Virus record (IMG/VR): IMGVR_UViG_2728369554_000009 | Coordinates: 1 to 40,186 of that record | Reading direction: 5' to 3' (one strand) | Length of the DNA: 40,186 bases | Source: a virus | Lineage: Duplodnaviria; Heunggongvirae; Uroviricota; Caudoviricetes | Part shown: positions 25,834 through 33,562 of the stretch, one piece after another | Layout of the letters: every line of letters begins with the position of its first letter | Numbering within the stretch: position 1 is the stretch's first letter | Notes under the pieces: generated by a model | Seen by the model: the letters and a program-made list of their open reading frames with translations, nothing else | Told to the model about the DNA's origin: nothing | Databases searched by the model: none | Translations under genes and position numbers: made by a program

Positions 25834-28800
25834 TGCCGTTCTATCCTGTATCTGAATCAAACAATAACGGATTTATTTCTGCTGGTCTCGCCATTCCTGA
25901 ACCTGATGAACAGAGTTTTGATGTGCATCCGCCAGAAGGTAAGAACCCTGAACCTCGTCCCAAAGAGCCTTCATTGCTTGCCGCAGCAATACGACAGAAC
26001 AATATTCTGGCTGGTTTTTTCCGTCCTGCCAGACAGTTTGAACCGGTCGAAGGTTATAACCCATATGCTGATAAAAATGAGTTGCACGGTTATGAATACT
26101 GGGGGGCGAAATTTGCAGATTCCCGATCGCCAGAGGAAACGGCGTGGATTAAGCAGCAGATAGATGATGAAAATGAAGACAGACGTTTATTGTCTGATGC
26201 TGGCGTAGTTGGAACTCTTGCCAGTATTGCTGCAGGAATGGATCCGGTTACCGTTGCGTCAATGTTTATCCCCGGTGCTCAAGGAGGGGCACTGGCGCGT
26301 ATTGGCTCACAGATTGCGATTGGTGCTGCCGGTACAGCATTAAGCGAGGTTGTGCTGAATAATCAGCAAATAACACGCTCATGGGGTGAAAGTGCCGCTC
26401 ACGTTGCAGCGGGTGCGATGATGAGCGGCGTGTTTGCCAGTGCTGGTGTTGCGCTTTCGCCATCCGTCCGGGCTGCAGCCACGCGTGAGGTTGCTGATGC
26501 TCTTGATAATATGAGCATTACATCAGCGACTGACAGGGCTGCCGCTTCGCTTTCTGATGGTGGTAGTGTTGGTGCTATGAAAATTGATACAGCGACTCTG
26601 GATGATTTAACCCCTGTTTCCGGTGGGTGGGTTGGAAAGGCTGCATGGAAAGCAGGGAGCTATCTTACTCCTTTGACAAGGTTAATGGAGTCTCCGTCCA
26701 AGACAGTGCGAAAAACAACGCTGGAGTTAGCCGAAAATAATTTCACCCTTAAAGGAAATGAAAGGGGGATTGAAACACCGGTAGCTGTAGAAACCCGTAC
26801 ACGTGGATGGCAGCGTGAAGAAGCTGCTGTTGTTGTCGGAAATAAACAGGCATACGCAAAGTATAAAGCTGATGGTGGTGACATGAGTTTTGATTCATTT
26901 CGTCAGCAGGTTGGGAATGCTATGCGAAGCGGTGATGTGCATGCTAATCCTGTTGTTCAGGAAACGGCGCAGGCGATGCGAACTGTATTAAATCGGGTGA
27001 AAGTTGAAATGCAAAAGCTTGGTTTATTGCCGCCAGATGAAGAACTGAAAGCATTAGGCCAGGCAAGCTATTTCCCACGCATATATAAAGTTGGAAAAAT
27101 AATCAGTGAACGCGATAAATTTCGACGTATTTTGGTTGACTGGTGGTCGAGAGGAAATAAAACACTGGATCCTGAGGATGCTGAAATTGCAGCGGATATC
27201 GTAATTAATAAAATTACTGGTGCTAAGGTTCCACAGGATTTTGTCAGCGTATTTTCTGTAAAAGCCGCAGGTAGTACGAAAGAAAGAACATTAAATGTTC
27301 CTGATAGTCTTATCGGTGATTATCTTGAAAGTGATGTGAATTACGTGCTGCAACGTCATATCCGTGAAGCGGCAGCAGAAATTGAGTTGATGAGAACATT
27401 TGGCAAACGAACTATGACTGAGCGTCTGCAATTAATTGAGGACGAATATGACAGTCTGTTACGGGAAGTGCCTGAAAAAATAAAGGCGAAATATGACGAA
27501 AGTGTGGCAAATCTGAAAGCACGTTATGAGAGCAATGGTGAAGTTGTTCCTCAGGGTAAACTCGATTCATTAATGCGAAAGTACGAAAAGGAATTACGGA
27601 AAGAACAGTCCAGACTTTCAAAATCAAGAGCAAATGATCTCAGAGACATAACAGCATTACGCGATCGTCTTGTTGGTACATATGGGATGCCTGATGATCC
27701 GTCTTCGTTTTTTGTTCGTGCTGGCGCTTTTCTGCGGGATGTGAACTTCACGACCAAACTCGGTGGAATGACAGTATCAGCTATTCCAGATCTGGCCAGA
27801 GGGGTTATGGTTAATGGTTTCCGTAACACCATGAAAGGCTATGCTTCTCAGATATCCCAATCACCGGCATTTAAGGCCAGCAAAGAAGATATGTTGAAGA
27901 TGGGGATTGGATTGGAAGCTGTACTACATTCACGTTCTCGTGCAATTGGTGATCTTGTTGACAGTTCTTCCAGGACAACAGCAGTCGAAGCAGGAATGGA
28001 GCGAATTACTGATGCCTTCGGCAAGCTGACACTCATGGATCGATTTAATGACATAAACAAATCCATGAACGGAATGCTCACGTCAGACGGTATTTTGTCC
28101 GGTGCGTTTTCTGCACGTCGCATGGCAAAACTCGGTATCAACGACAATATGGCTGCGCGTATTCGCAGTGAGTTCGAGAAACATGGTGAGGTAATTGATG
28201 GATGGCACATTGGTAACTTTGATAAATGGGACGATCAGTACGTTGCCGGAGTATTCCAGTCAGCGGTTCTGAAAGACGTTAATAACACTATCATCACCCC
28301 CGGTATTGGTGACACACCTTTATGGGCGAGTACTCCAATGGGGCGAACGATATTTCAGTTTAAATCATTCACAACGGCTTCATACAACCGTGCGCTACTT
28401 GGTGGGTTACAGGAAGGAACTGCGCAATTTTATTATGGCACTGCATTTCAGATTGCTCTTGGCTCACTGGTCTATGCGCTTAAAGAAGCATCGAAAGGGA
28501 AAAATGTTGACTGGTCACCAGAGAAGCTGGTGCTTGAGGGTATAGATAGATCCGGTATTCTTGGGCCATTGATGGAATATAACAACATGGCTGAAAAGGC
28601 GACTGGTGGTGCTGTTGGGCTGGGGGCTTTATTTGGCACTGGCACACAGTCCAGGTATGCCAGTCGTGGATTCGTAGGATCTCTATTCGGACCGTCATTT
28701 GGTCTTGCGGATAGCATCATTGATGTGACCTCAGGAGTGTTGAATGGTGATGCCGGTGATCGTATTGTGCATAATGTCCGAACCCTGATACCCGGCAATA

Positions 28801-28853
28801 ACCTGTTCTGGATTGCGCCACTAATAAACCAAGTGGATCCGGTGATGCGTTAA
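25833..28853 (+). CDS. Large internal virion or ejection protein
   Basis: 1006 aa. It is the last gene of the ejection block and has glycine-rich hydrophobic segments. Confidence 0.6.
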   Translation: MPFYPVSESNNNGFISAGLAIPEPDEQSFDVHPPEGKNPEPRPKEPSLLAAAIRQNNILAGFFRPARQFEPVEGYNPYADKNELHGYEYWGAKFADSRSPEETAWIKQQIDDENEDRRLLSDAGVVGTLASIAAGMDPVTVASMFIPGAQGGALARIGSQIAIGAAGTALSEVVLNNQQITRSWGESAAHVAAGAMMSGVFASAGVALSPSVRAAATREVADALDNMSITSATDRAAASLSDGGSVGAMKIDTATLDDLTPVSGGWVGKAAWKAGSYLTPLTRLMESPSKTVRKTTLELAENNFTLKGNERGIETPVAVETRTRGWQREEAAVVVGNKQAYAKYKADGGDMSFDSFRQQVGNAMRSGDVHANPVVQETAQAMRTVLNRVKVEMQKLGLLPPDEELKALGQASYFPRIYKVGKIISERDKFRRILVDWWSRGNKTLDPEDAEIAADIVINKITGAKVPQDFVSVFSVKAAGSTKERTLNVPDSLIGDYLESDVNYVLQRHIREAAAEIELMRTFGKRTMTERLQLIEDEYDSLLREVPEKIKAKYDESVANLKARYESNGEVVPQGKLDSLMRKYEKELRKEQSRLSKSRANDLRDITALRDRLVGTYGMPDDPSSFFVRAGAFLRDVNFTTKLGGMTVSAIPDLARGVMVNGFRNTMKGYASQISQSPAFKASKEDMLKMGIGLEAVLHSRSRAIGDLVDSSSRTTAVEAGMERITDAFGKLTLMDRFNDINKSMNGMLTSDGILSGAFSARRMAKLGINDNMAARIRSEFEKHGEVIDGWHIGNFDKWDDQYVAGVFQSAVLKDVNNTIITPGIGDTPLWASTPMGRTIFQFKSFTTASYNRALLGGLQEGTAQFYYGTAFQIALGSLVYALKEASKGKNVDWSPEKLVLEGIDRSGILGPLMEYNNMAEKATGGAVGLGALFGTGTQSRYASRGFVGSLFGPSFGLADSIIDVTSGVLNGDAGDRIVHNVRTLIPGNNLFWIAPLINQVDPVMR

Positions 28854-28874
28854 TCAATATTTATTGGAGTTCTT

Positions 28875-29402
28875 TCAATGGCTGTTTATGGCTTCTAAAG
28901 AAGCTTCTGCACTTATCGGCAAAGCAATAGTATCCTTGTTAGATGTGCTATTGCTTTCCAGAACTATGGAAATCCAATCCTCTTGGTTTTCATTAATTGT
29001 GCTGACAGCCATGATAGCATTCAAATCATTTTTATATATTTCTGATCGAATAAGACCTTTCCTGAATAATTTAGTTAAGTTTTCAGCTATCGACATCGCA
29101 CGAATGCTAACTTTACTAAGCTCAATTGCGTCACTACCTGCGACTTTGGCGTGTTGAGAAAGAGCCATCAAAGCTATATGTGAAAATGTTTCTTCTTTTG
29201 AAAAACCGTTACTTAAAGACATGAGTGATACACCAGCTCCGTATGGGGTGAGTTTATATCCTGATACATTCAGTGCATGCTCTACAAAGGTAAGATCATC
29301 AGTTGTAGAAACATGCATATCGTTACTTTTTTGTTTTTTTGCAATAAATAAAAAAACAAAATTAATAATCACGATGCCGACGATGATTAAGAAAACTTCC
29401 AT
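28875..29402 (-). CDS. Membrane-anchored orphan protein (175 aa): N-terminal transmembrane helix plus a ~145-aa soluble domain
   Basis: MEVFLIIVGIVIINFVFLFIAKKQK signal-anchor. GAGGA Shine-Dalgarno. It has its own operator-bearing promoter. The DNA is visibly AT-rich compared with its flanks. Confidence 0.6.
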   Translation of the reverse strand: MEVFLIIVGIVIINFVFLFIAKKQKSNDMHVSTTDDLTFVEHALNVSGYKLTPYGAGVSLMSLSNGFSKEETFSHIALMALSQHAKVAGSDAIELSKVSIRAMSIAENLTKLFRKGLIRSEIYKNDLNAIMAVSTINENQEDWISIVLESNSTSNKDTIALPISAEASLEAINSH

Positions 29403-29422
29403 TGCTTTTCCTCACAATAACA

Positions 29423-29437
29423 TTACCTTAAAGGTAA
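29423..29437. promoter_or_regulatory. Perfect operator 21 bp upstream of the membrane-protein ATG
   Basis: ttaccttaaaggtaa. Confidence 0.55.
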
Positions 29438-29462
29438 TATTTTGTGCTAATGTGATCAAGTG

Positions 29463-29861
29463 TTAAGTGTATACCTCCTGCTGTTCAGTCGTGATTTTAC
29501 CCGGCAACACCTTTTTAGCTTTGCGCGGGTTAACCACATGGCCTTTAGTCCAGTACTCGTAGAGCACATCATCACACTCTTCCTGATACTGGATTACCTT
29601 ATCGCGGATTTCAGGGCGGACTTTGTTTGGACTGATGCTGTTCAACCAAGCTGCCAATTTTCGTAAAGCCATACAAATCATGGCTTGCACCCCTCCGGCA
29701 GAAGGTATGGTGATTTCCACCATACCCTTCGAGAAGCGTTGAGAAATCTTCTTATGTTGAGATTTCCAGTCTAGACCCATTCCCTCAACGATAGGTTTCA
29801 TTGGGGTGTACGGTTCGCCGTTGTGATTGACAACATAAAGTTCTACGCCGTGGAATGGCAC
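29463..29861 (-). CDS. P22 Ant N-terminal-domain-like protein (132 aa, GTG start)
   Basis: PFHGVELYVVNHNGEPYTPMKPIVEGMGLDWKSQHKKI matches the P22_AR N-terminal pattern as I recall it. The long Ant C-terminal part is missing. Confidence 0.6.
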   Translation of the reverse strand: MPFHGVELYVVNHNGEPYTPMKPIVEGMGLDWKSQHKKISQRFSKGMVEITIPSAGGVQAMICMALRKLAAWLNSISPNKVRPEIRDKVIQYQEECDDVLYEYWTKGHVVNPRKAKKVLPGKITTEQQEVYT

Positions 29862-30008
29862 GTTGATAGTAGTGACAAGTTTGAAACATCGCTGGTTGTA
29901 AGCCAGCAGATGCTCGTTATTTTACATCGCGGTACAATTTCTCGCTGGTGGCTCTTTTATACACCTTAACCAAATATGGTTGATTTTGATATTTATCTTC
30001 GTCTATTA

Positions 30009-30265
30009 TTACCTTTTCGGTAAATTTACATCGCACTCCTCTTGTGCCATAGTAATCGGGCACTGGCAAAATCCAGTGCCGGGATTGGTCTCCCGGATTA
30101 CTACAGAGGCACATATGCCGCATAAGCGGTTTTTTTATGTGTAAAGCGCACCTATTCTATGGTGGGCTGTGTGGGGGCACCGAAAGGTGCGCCGGGTTCC
30201 TTTGTAGCCGGTAAGACCAACTCTGCACAGTTCACCACCATCTGATTGGTCTCAGCGGTGGTGAT
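30009..30265 (+). repeat. Outer inverted repeat, arm A (operator plus structured leader)
   Basis: It is the reverse complement of 32938-33197. The first 95 nt are identical. After that there is patchy identity with paired substitutions. Confidence 0.85.
30024..30136 (+). ncRNA. Terminated leader sRNA, copy A, possibly C4-like
   Basis: An outer stem tagtaatc/gattacta (30050-30057 / 30096-30103) encloses hairpins ggcactgg-caaaat-ccagtgcc and ggga-ttggtc-tccc. Hairpin ccgc-ataa-gcgg plus T7 follows. The loop ttggtct is complementary to agaccaa in the downstream leader. Confidence 0.5.
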
Positions 30266-30290
30266 TAACCTAACTACAAAGGTGATCGCC

Positions 30291-30983
30291 ATGAATACCA
30301 AACCTTCCATCTTTTCCTTTGAGTCATCCTGCCAGATCCGTATGTTCATGATTGACGGAGAACCTTGGTTTGTCACCAAAGATGTGTGCAATGCTTTGAA
30401 TATTGATGTTACACAAGCGAGAAAACTTGATAAAAAAGGCTGGAACAAAAAGGGGCTGTATTCAATACAGACCCCTGGTGGAATACAAGAACTATCCATC
30501 GTTTCAGAATCAGGTCTCTACATCCTTATTCTGCGTTGCAAAGAGGCAATGACTGAGGGAACGAGAGCATTCAGATTTCTTGAATGGGTTACAGGTGAGG
30601 TTCTTCCTCAGATCCGCCGCACCGGAAGTTACATTAAAAACTCGCTCCCGCAGGAAGAACGCATAAAGATGGTTGCCGACCAGGTAGCCAACGCCACGGC
30701 GTCAGCAGTAATGCAGGCGATGAAGATAGAGAACAAAACCTACAGTGCCCCGCTGAAGCCCGGCTACCGCAGCCTGATTCATTCTCCGTCTGGTGTTCTC
30801 GGCCTGACGGAGAACTCACTGCTGATGAATCTGCTGAACCAGTTACAGGAAGACGGGCACGATGTATCGGGCGCGGCGGCGGAGCTGACCACCATGTTCT
30901 GCTACATCGTCGGTGTGAGCAAATGCCTGCGTGATATCCAGACGCACGCGGAATACATCAACGACAAGGCAGGGTTCTTCTGA
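30291..30983 (+). CDS. Antirepressor 1: Bro-N domain plus the shared C-terminal module
   Basis: The start MNTKPSIFSFE lies behind AGGTGA. QIRMFMIDGEPWFVTKDVCNALNI is Bro-N-like. The last ~81 aa are nearly identical to those of the 32255-32911 product. Confidence 0.75.
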   Translation: MNTKPSIFSFESSCQIRMFMIDGEPWFVTKDVCNALNIDVTQARKLDKKGWNKKGLYSIQTPGGIQELSIVSESGLYILILRCKEAMTEGTRAFRFLEWVTGEVLPQIRRTGSYIKNSLPQEERIKMVADQVANATASAVMQAMKIENKTYSAPLKPGYRSLIHSPSGVLGLTENSLLMNLLNQLQEDGHDVSGAAAELTTMFCYIVGVSKCLRDIQTHAEYINDKAGFF

Positions 30984-31008
30984 CAGAACGGCGGCACAGG
31001 GACGTGCA
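30741..31008 (+). repeat. Inner inverted repeat, arm A (antirepressor C-terminal module plus about 25 nt of 3-prime UTR)
   Basis: About 8 mismatches over about 245 coding nt against the reverse complement of 32230-32497, from manual alignment. Confidence 0.85.
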
Positions 31009-31021
31009 AAACGAAACTAGC

Positions 31022-31033
31022 GTGACATGTCAC
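31022..31033. repeat. 12-bp palindrome GTGACATGTCAC, copy 3
   Basis: Exact sequence directly abutting the terminator at 31034-31058. Confidence 0.8.
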
Positions 31034-31058
31034 AGGCCGCTTTCGCGGCCTTGTTTTT
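31034..31058 (+). terminator. Intrinsic terminator after antirepressor 1
   Basis: Hairpin aggccgc-tttc-gcggcct followed by tgttttt. Confidence 0.75.
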
Positions 31059-31218
31059 AACGAATGCCACCGCCACCCGGGCGGGAATCCGCAGAACGCC
31101 CACCGCAGCGGGAGCCGTCAGCAGCAGTGTCGCTGTCGTGCTGACAACGACCGGCAAAGGCCTGAGTTGAAGCTACCAGAGACAACAAAACGAACAGTGC
31201 AGCAAATGCTTTTTTCAT
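31057..31218 (-). CDS. Small secreted peptide (53 aa) with an Excalibur-like D-x-D...DG-x-x-C segment
   Basis: The signal peptide MKKAFAALFVLLSLVASTQAFA is followed by GRCQHDSDTAADGSRCGG. A candidate promoter of its own has TTGACG, a 16-17-nt spacer and TATAGA. It is GC-rich, unlike its neighbours. Confidence 0.45.
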   Translation of the reverse strand: MKKAFAALFVLLSLVASTQAFAGRCQHDSDTAADGSRCGGRSADSRPGGGGIR

Positions 31219-31299
31219 TGTGAAATTTCCATCTATAAACCACCTCAATGTGGCGTCAATGAGTGTAGCACTGACTTTTGTTTCGTCCATAAAAAACTA

Positions 31300-31812
31300 C
31301 TATGCAGGCTTTTTGGATTTGTACGAATAATCCCACGGATAAACATTTCTACTAAGTGGAGCTGTATTCGTTCGTTCATGAAATAATTTTGTGAAATTCA
31401 ATACGGAATCCATCCAAACTTTTGCGTTAGCTTTGGTGTGTGCGGGCGGGTCCCAATAAGCTAGTAAGGCTGCATCTCTTATTTCATTGACTGCATATAT
31501 GAGATATGCGTTACTGGTTGGTTTTGGCCTGTAATTTCCTTGTTCATCAATCAATCCATATGACCACTCATCCCAACACTGTTCAGTACATGAGTATGAA
31601 TATGATGCATATTCACCAATATTGACATGAACCTTTCTGAGATGGAAGCCTAATACTTCCTCTGGTCTTTCAAAAAGAGTATCTTTTCCCAGATCAGGAT
31701 GATGACCATGACGCCAGTGTTGTTTAAAAGCATCTTTTAGCGAAATCAGAAAGTCATCAGTTTTAAACTCACCAGTAGGTATAACCTTCCCGCTATACTC
31801 ACTCAAAAACAT
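31300..31812 (-). CDS. YafO-like toxin-family protein (170 aa)
   Basis: LKDAFKQHWRHGHHPDLGKDTLFERPEEVLGFHLRKVHVNIGE and NAYLIYAVNEIRDAALLAYWDPPAH parallel YafO segments (..PDIFGRDALYDD..VAHIHLAN.. and ..AHLVYCQG..AWLLIAIL.PEPH), which I am recalling from memory. AT-rich DNA. Confidence 0.5.
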   Translation of the reverse strand: MFLSEYSGKVIPTGEFKTDDFLISLKDAFKQHWRHGHHPDLGKDTLFERPEEVLGFHLRKVHVNIGEYASYSYSCTEQCWDEWSYGLIDEQGNYRPKPTSNAYLIYAVNEIRDAALLAYWDPPAHTKANAKVWMDSVLNFTKLFHERTNTAPLSRNVYPWDYSYKSKKPA

Positions 31813-32125
31813 CGAATTCCTCTTCCTTCATATGCGTTTCTAATGAGTTAAGCTGGCGGAAAGATATCTCTTTTGATTCTGCAGATGAGAGCTTTTTTAT
31901 CCGCTTTATATTCTTTGTGATAGGAATAGACATTGTATGCACATCAGCGGATGCTCTTGGCTTTGTGCTGATAAAAATATGGCGCAATGCCGCATTTTCA
32001 CTATTGAACGAGCCAATAGCTGATTTACGTGCTACAACCTTACCAGTAAAAATACGACTCTTGCTACGCTTTGCATGAGTTCCGCTTCTTACCGGACCTC
32101 TCATCACGAATCCAAGTTTTGTCAT
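31799..32125 (-). CDS. Upstream partner of the YafO-like gene (108 aa, basic N-terminus, acidic tail EEEFDVFE). Putative antitoxin of an unrecognised family.
   Basis: It overlaps the downstream gene by 14 nt. A promoter with a perfect operator lies 43 bp upstream. Confidence 0.5.
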   Translation of the reverse strand: MTKLGFVMRGPVRSGTHAKRSKSRIFTGKVVARKSAIGSFNSENAALRHIFISTKPRASADVHTMSIPITKNIKRIKKLSSAESKEISFRQLNSLETHMKEEEFDVFE

Positions 32126-32167
32126 CTTTAATCTCCGGTAAGTTACAGGTATAAAATAAAAACAGGT

Positions 32168-32182
32168 TTACCTTTAAGGTAA
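32168..32182. promoter_or_regulatory. Perfect operator upstream of the two-gene operon
   Basis: ttacctttaaggtaa. Confidence 0.55.
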
Positions 32183-32229
32183 TAGTACGCTATTCACCCC
32201 CGGTCTGCAATCTGTACAGAATTATTTAA

Positions 32230-32497
32230 AGGCACATCCCTGTGCCACCGCCCGTCAGAAGAACCCTGCCTTGTCGTTGATGTACTCCGCGTGGGTCTGG
32301 ATATCACGCAGGCATTTGCTCACACCGACGATGTAGCAGAACATGGTGGTCAGCTCCGCCGCCGCGCCCGATACGTCGTGCCCGTCGTCCTGTAACTGGT
32401 TCAGCAGATTCATCAGCAGTGAGTTCTCCGTCAGGCCGAGAACACCAGACGGCGAATGAATCAGGCTGCGGTAGCCGGGCTTCAGTGGGGCGCTGTA
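32230..32497 (-). repeat. Inner inverted repeat, arm B
   Basis: Reverse complement of 30741-31008. Confidence 0.85.
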
Positions 32498-32911
32498 TTC
32501 TTTTTTGTCTTCCAGCTTGATCGCCTCCATTATGGCGGGCATGAAGCCTGACAAGACCTTCTCCACTTTTGTTTCTTGTTGTCTTAAACGTTTCTCGCAT
32601 TCAATGAAGTAGCGTCGCACCTGGCGACCTTTTTCGTTACGCTCGACCATCGCCAGCTCTTTGGCTGTATCAAGGGTGAGGTGGTACTCTTTGCGGTTGT
32701 GGCCGCCTCTACCAGATGTTTGCTTTCCCAAATTGGAAAGCAAAATATAGTCTTGATTTTCAATGAATTCGTATTCTGATATGCGATTTGTAATCCATGC
32801 TGCAAACACCTTTTTAACACCTAAAAAAGCGTGCAGATCGCGGGCATTACAAAGTAGGGCTGTTTCGTTAGATATAGTGCCGTTGAATACGGGGATGAGT
32901 TGAGCGTTCAT
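32255..32911 (-). CDS. Antirepressor 2: AntA-type N-terminal domain plus the shared C-terminal module
   Basis: [37 protein letters not shown]...[29 protein letters not shown] is the AntA/AntB pattern. Confidence 0.75.
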   Translation of the reverse strand: MNAQLIPVFNGTISNETALLCNARDLHAFLGVKKVFAAWITNRISEYEFIENQDYILLSNLGKQTSGRGGHNRKEYHLTLDTAKELAMVERNEKGRQVRRYFIECEKRLRQQETKVEKVLSGFMPAIMEAIKLEDKKEYSAPLKPGYRSLIHSPSGVLGLTENSLLMNLLNQLQDDGHDVSGAAAELTTMFCYIVGVSKCLRDIQTHAEYINDKAGFF

Positions 32912-33069
32912 GATGGCGTCTCCACTTAGCGAATTACATCACCACCGCTGAGACCAATCAGATGGTGGTGAACTGAACGGAGTTGGTCTTACCGGCCTAA
33001 GTGGTACCGGCGTCCTTTCGGACCCCCATTCAGCCCACCATAATTCTGGCATGACTGTGCTATACGCAT

Positions 33070-33182
33070 AAAAAAACCACGTCTGGCGTGGTATGCGCCA
33101 CTTAGTAATCCGGGAGACCAATCCCGGCACTGGATTTTGCCAGTGCCCGATTACTATGGCACAAGAGGAGTGCGATGTAAAT
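33070..33182 (-). ncRNA. Terminated leader sRNA, copy B
   Basis: Its body (33103-33156) is identical to copy A. The terminator stem differs (ccacg-ccaga-cgtgg plus T7), so the structure is kept while the sequence changed. Confidence 0.5.
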
Positions 33183-33197
33183 TTACCGAAAAGGTAA
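33183..33197. promoter_or_regulatory. Perfect operator at the head of leader B. Its mirror at the head of leader A is 30009-30023.
   Basis: ttaccgaaaaggtaa. Confidence 0.55.
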
Positions 33198-33228
33198 ATA
33201 TAAGCACTCCACTTGGTAATTGCAAACC

Positions 33229-33486
33229 TTATCTGGTTTGTTTTCGTAATTGTTCGGCACAATAGTCGAGATGTGTTTGCAGATCCTGCATAGACATCTG
33301 TGAGCTGGTGACGTAGTTAATCAGTGCAGTCAGTTCGGCAAGTGGGCCATCGACATTAAATCCATCCTTATCGAGATCCCGGAGTAATTTCATCAAGTGC
33401 GATCCCTCCACCAGTGACCTGACGCCTCCCGGCGTGTGAATCCTTTCGGTAAATCCGTCTTCCAGTGGATAGTGATACTGCTGCAT
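33229..33486 (-). CDS. Mini-antirepressor (85 aa) made only of a diverged copy of the shared C-terminal module
   Basis: The start MQQYHYPLEDG lies behind GGAGAAG. HTPGGVRSLVEGSHLMKLLRDLDKDGFNVDGPLAELTALINYV aligns with [44 protein letters not shown]. The longer 126-aa ORF would include the LexA box. Confidence 0.6.
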   Translation of the reverse strand: MQQYHYPLEDGFTERIHTPGGVRSLVEGSHLMKLLRDLDKDGFNVDGPLAELTALINYVTSSQMSMQDLQTHLDYCAEQLRKQTR

Positions 33487-33507
33487 CTTATCTTCTCCAT
33501 GCAATAA

Positions 33508-33523
33508 CTGTATATTTATACAG
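33508..33523. promoter_or_regulatory. LexA (SOS) box CTGTATATTTATACAG
   Basis: A perfect CTGT-N8-ACAG with an AT-only spacer, 22 bp upstream of the mini-antirepressor ATG. Confidence 0.8.
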
Positions 33524-33562
33524 TAGCAAATAATTTGTTTGCTATCCAGCACGTTTTGCAAA

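Larger units (their letters stand above)
32938..33197 (-). repeat. Outer inverted repeat, arm B
   Basis: Reverse complement of 30009-30265. Confidence 0.85.

Noticed and set aside
30050-30103. tRNA gene
   Set aside because: The multi-hairpin fold resembles part of a cloverleaf, but at 54 nt it is too short. It lacks acceptor-stem, anticodon and T-loop features and is followed by an intrinsic terminator.
29917-30123. 68-aa minus-strand ORF overlapping the leader/sRNA copy A
   Set aside because: The equivalent antisense ORF across copy B is in a different frame and stops after 34 aa, although the nucleotides are identical over 95 nt. Conservation is therefore at the RNA or DNA level and not the protein level.
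32199-32222. Second LexA box near ctgcaatctgtacagaatta
   Set aside because: It contains the CTGTACAG palindrome but not the CTGT-N8-ACAG spacing.
32939-33262. 107-aa minus-strand ORF spanning leader copy B
   Set aside because: It runs through the sRNA body, its terminator and the operator. It has no counterpart frame in copy A and no ribosome-binding site.
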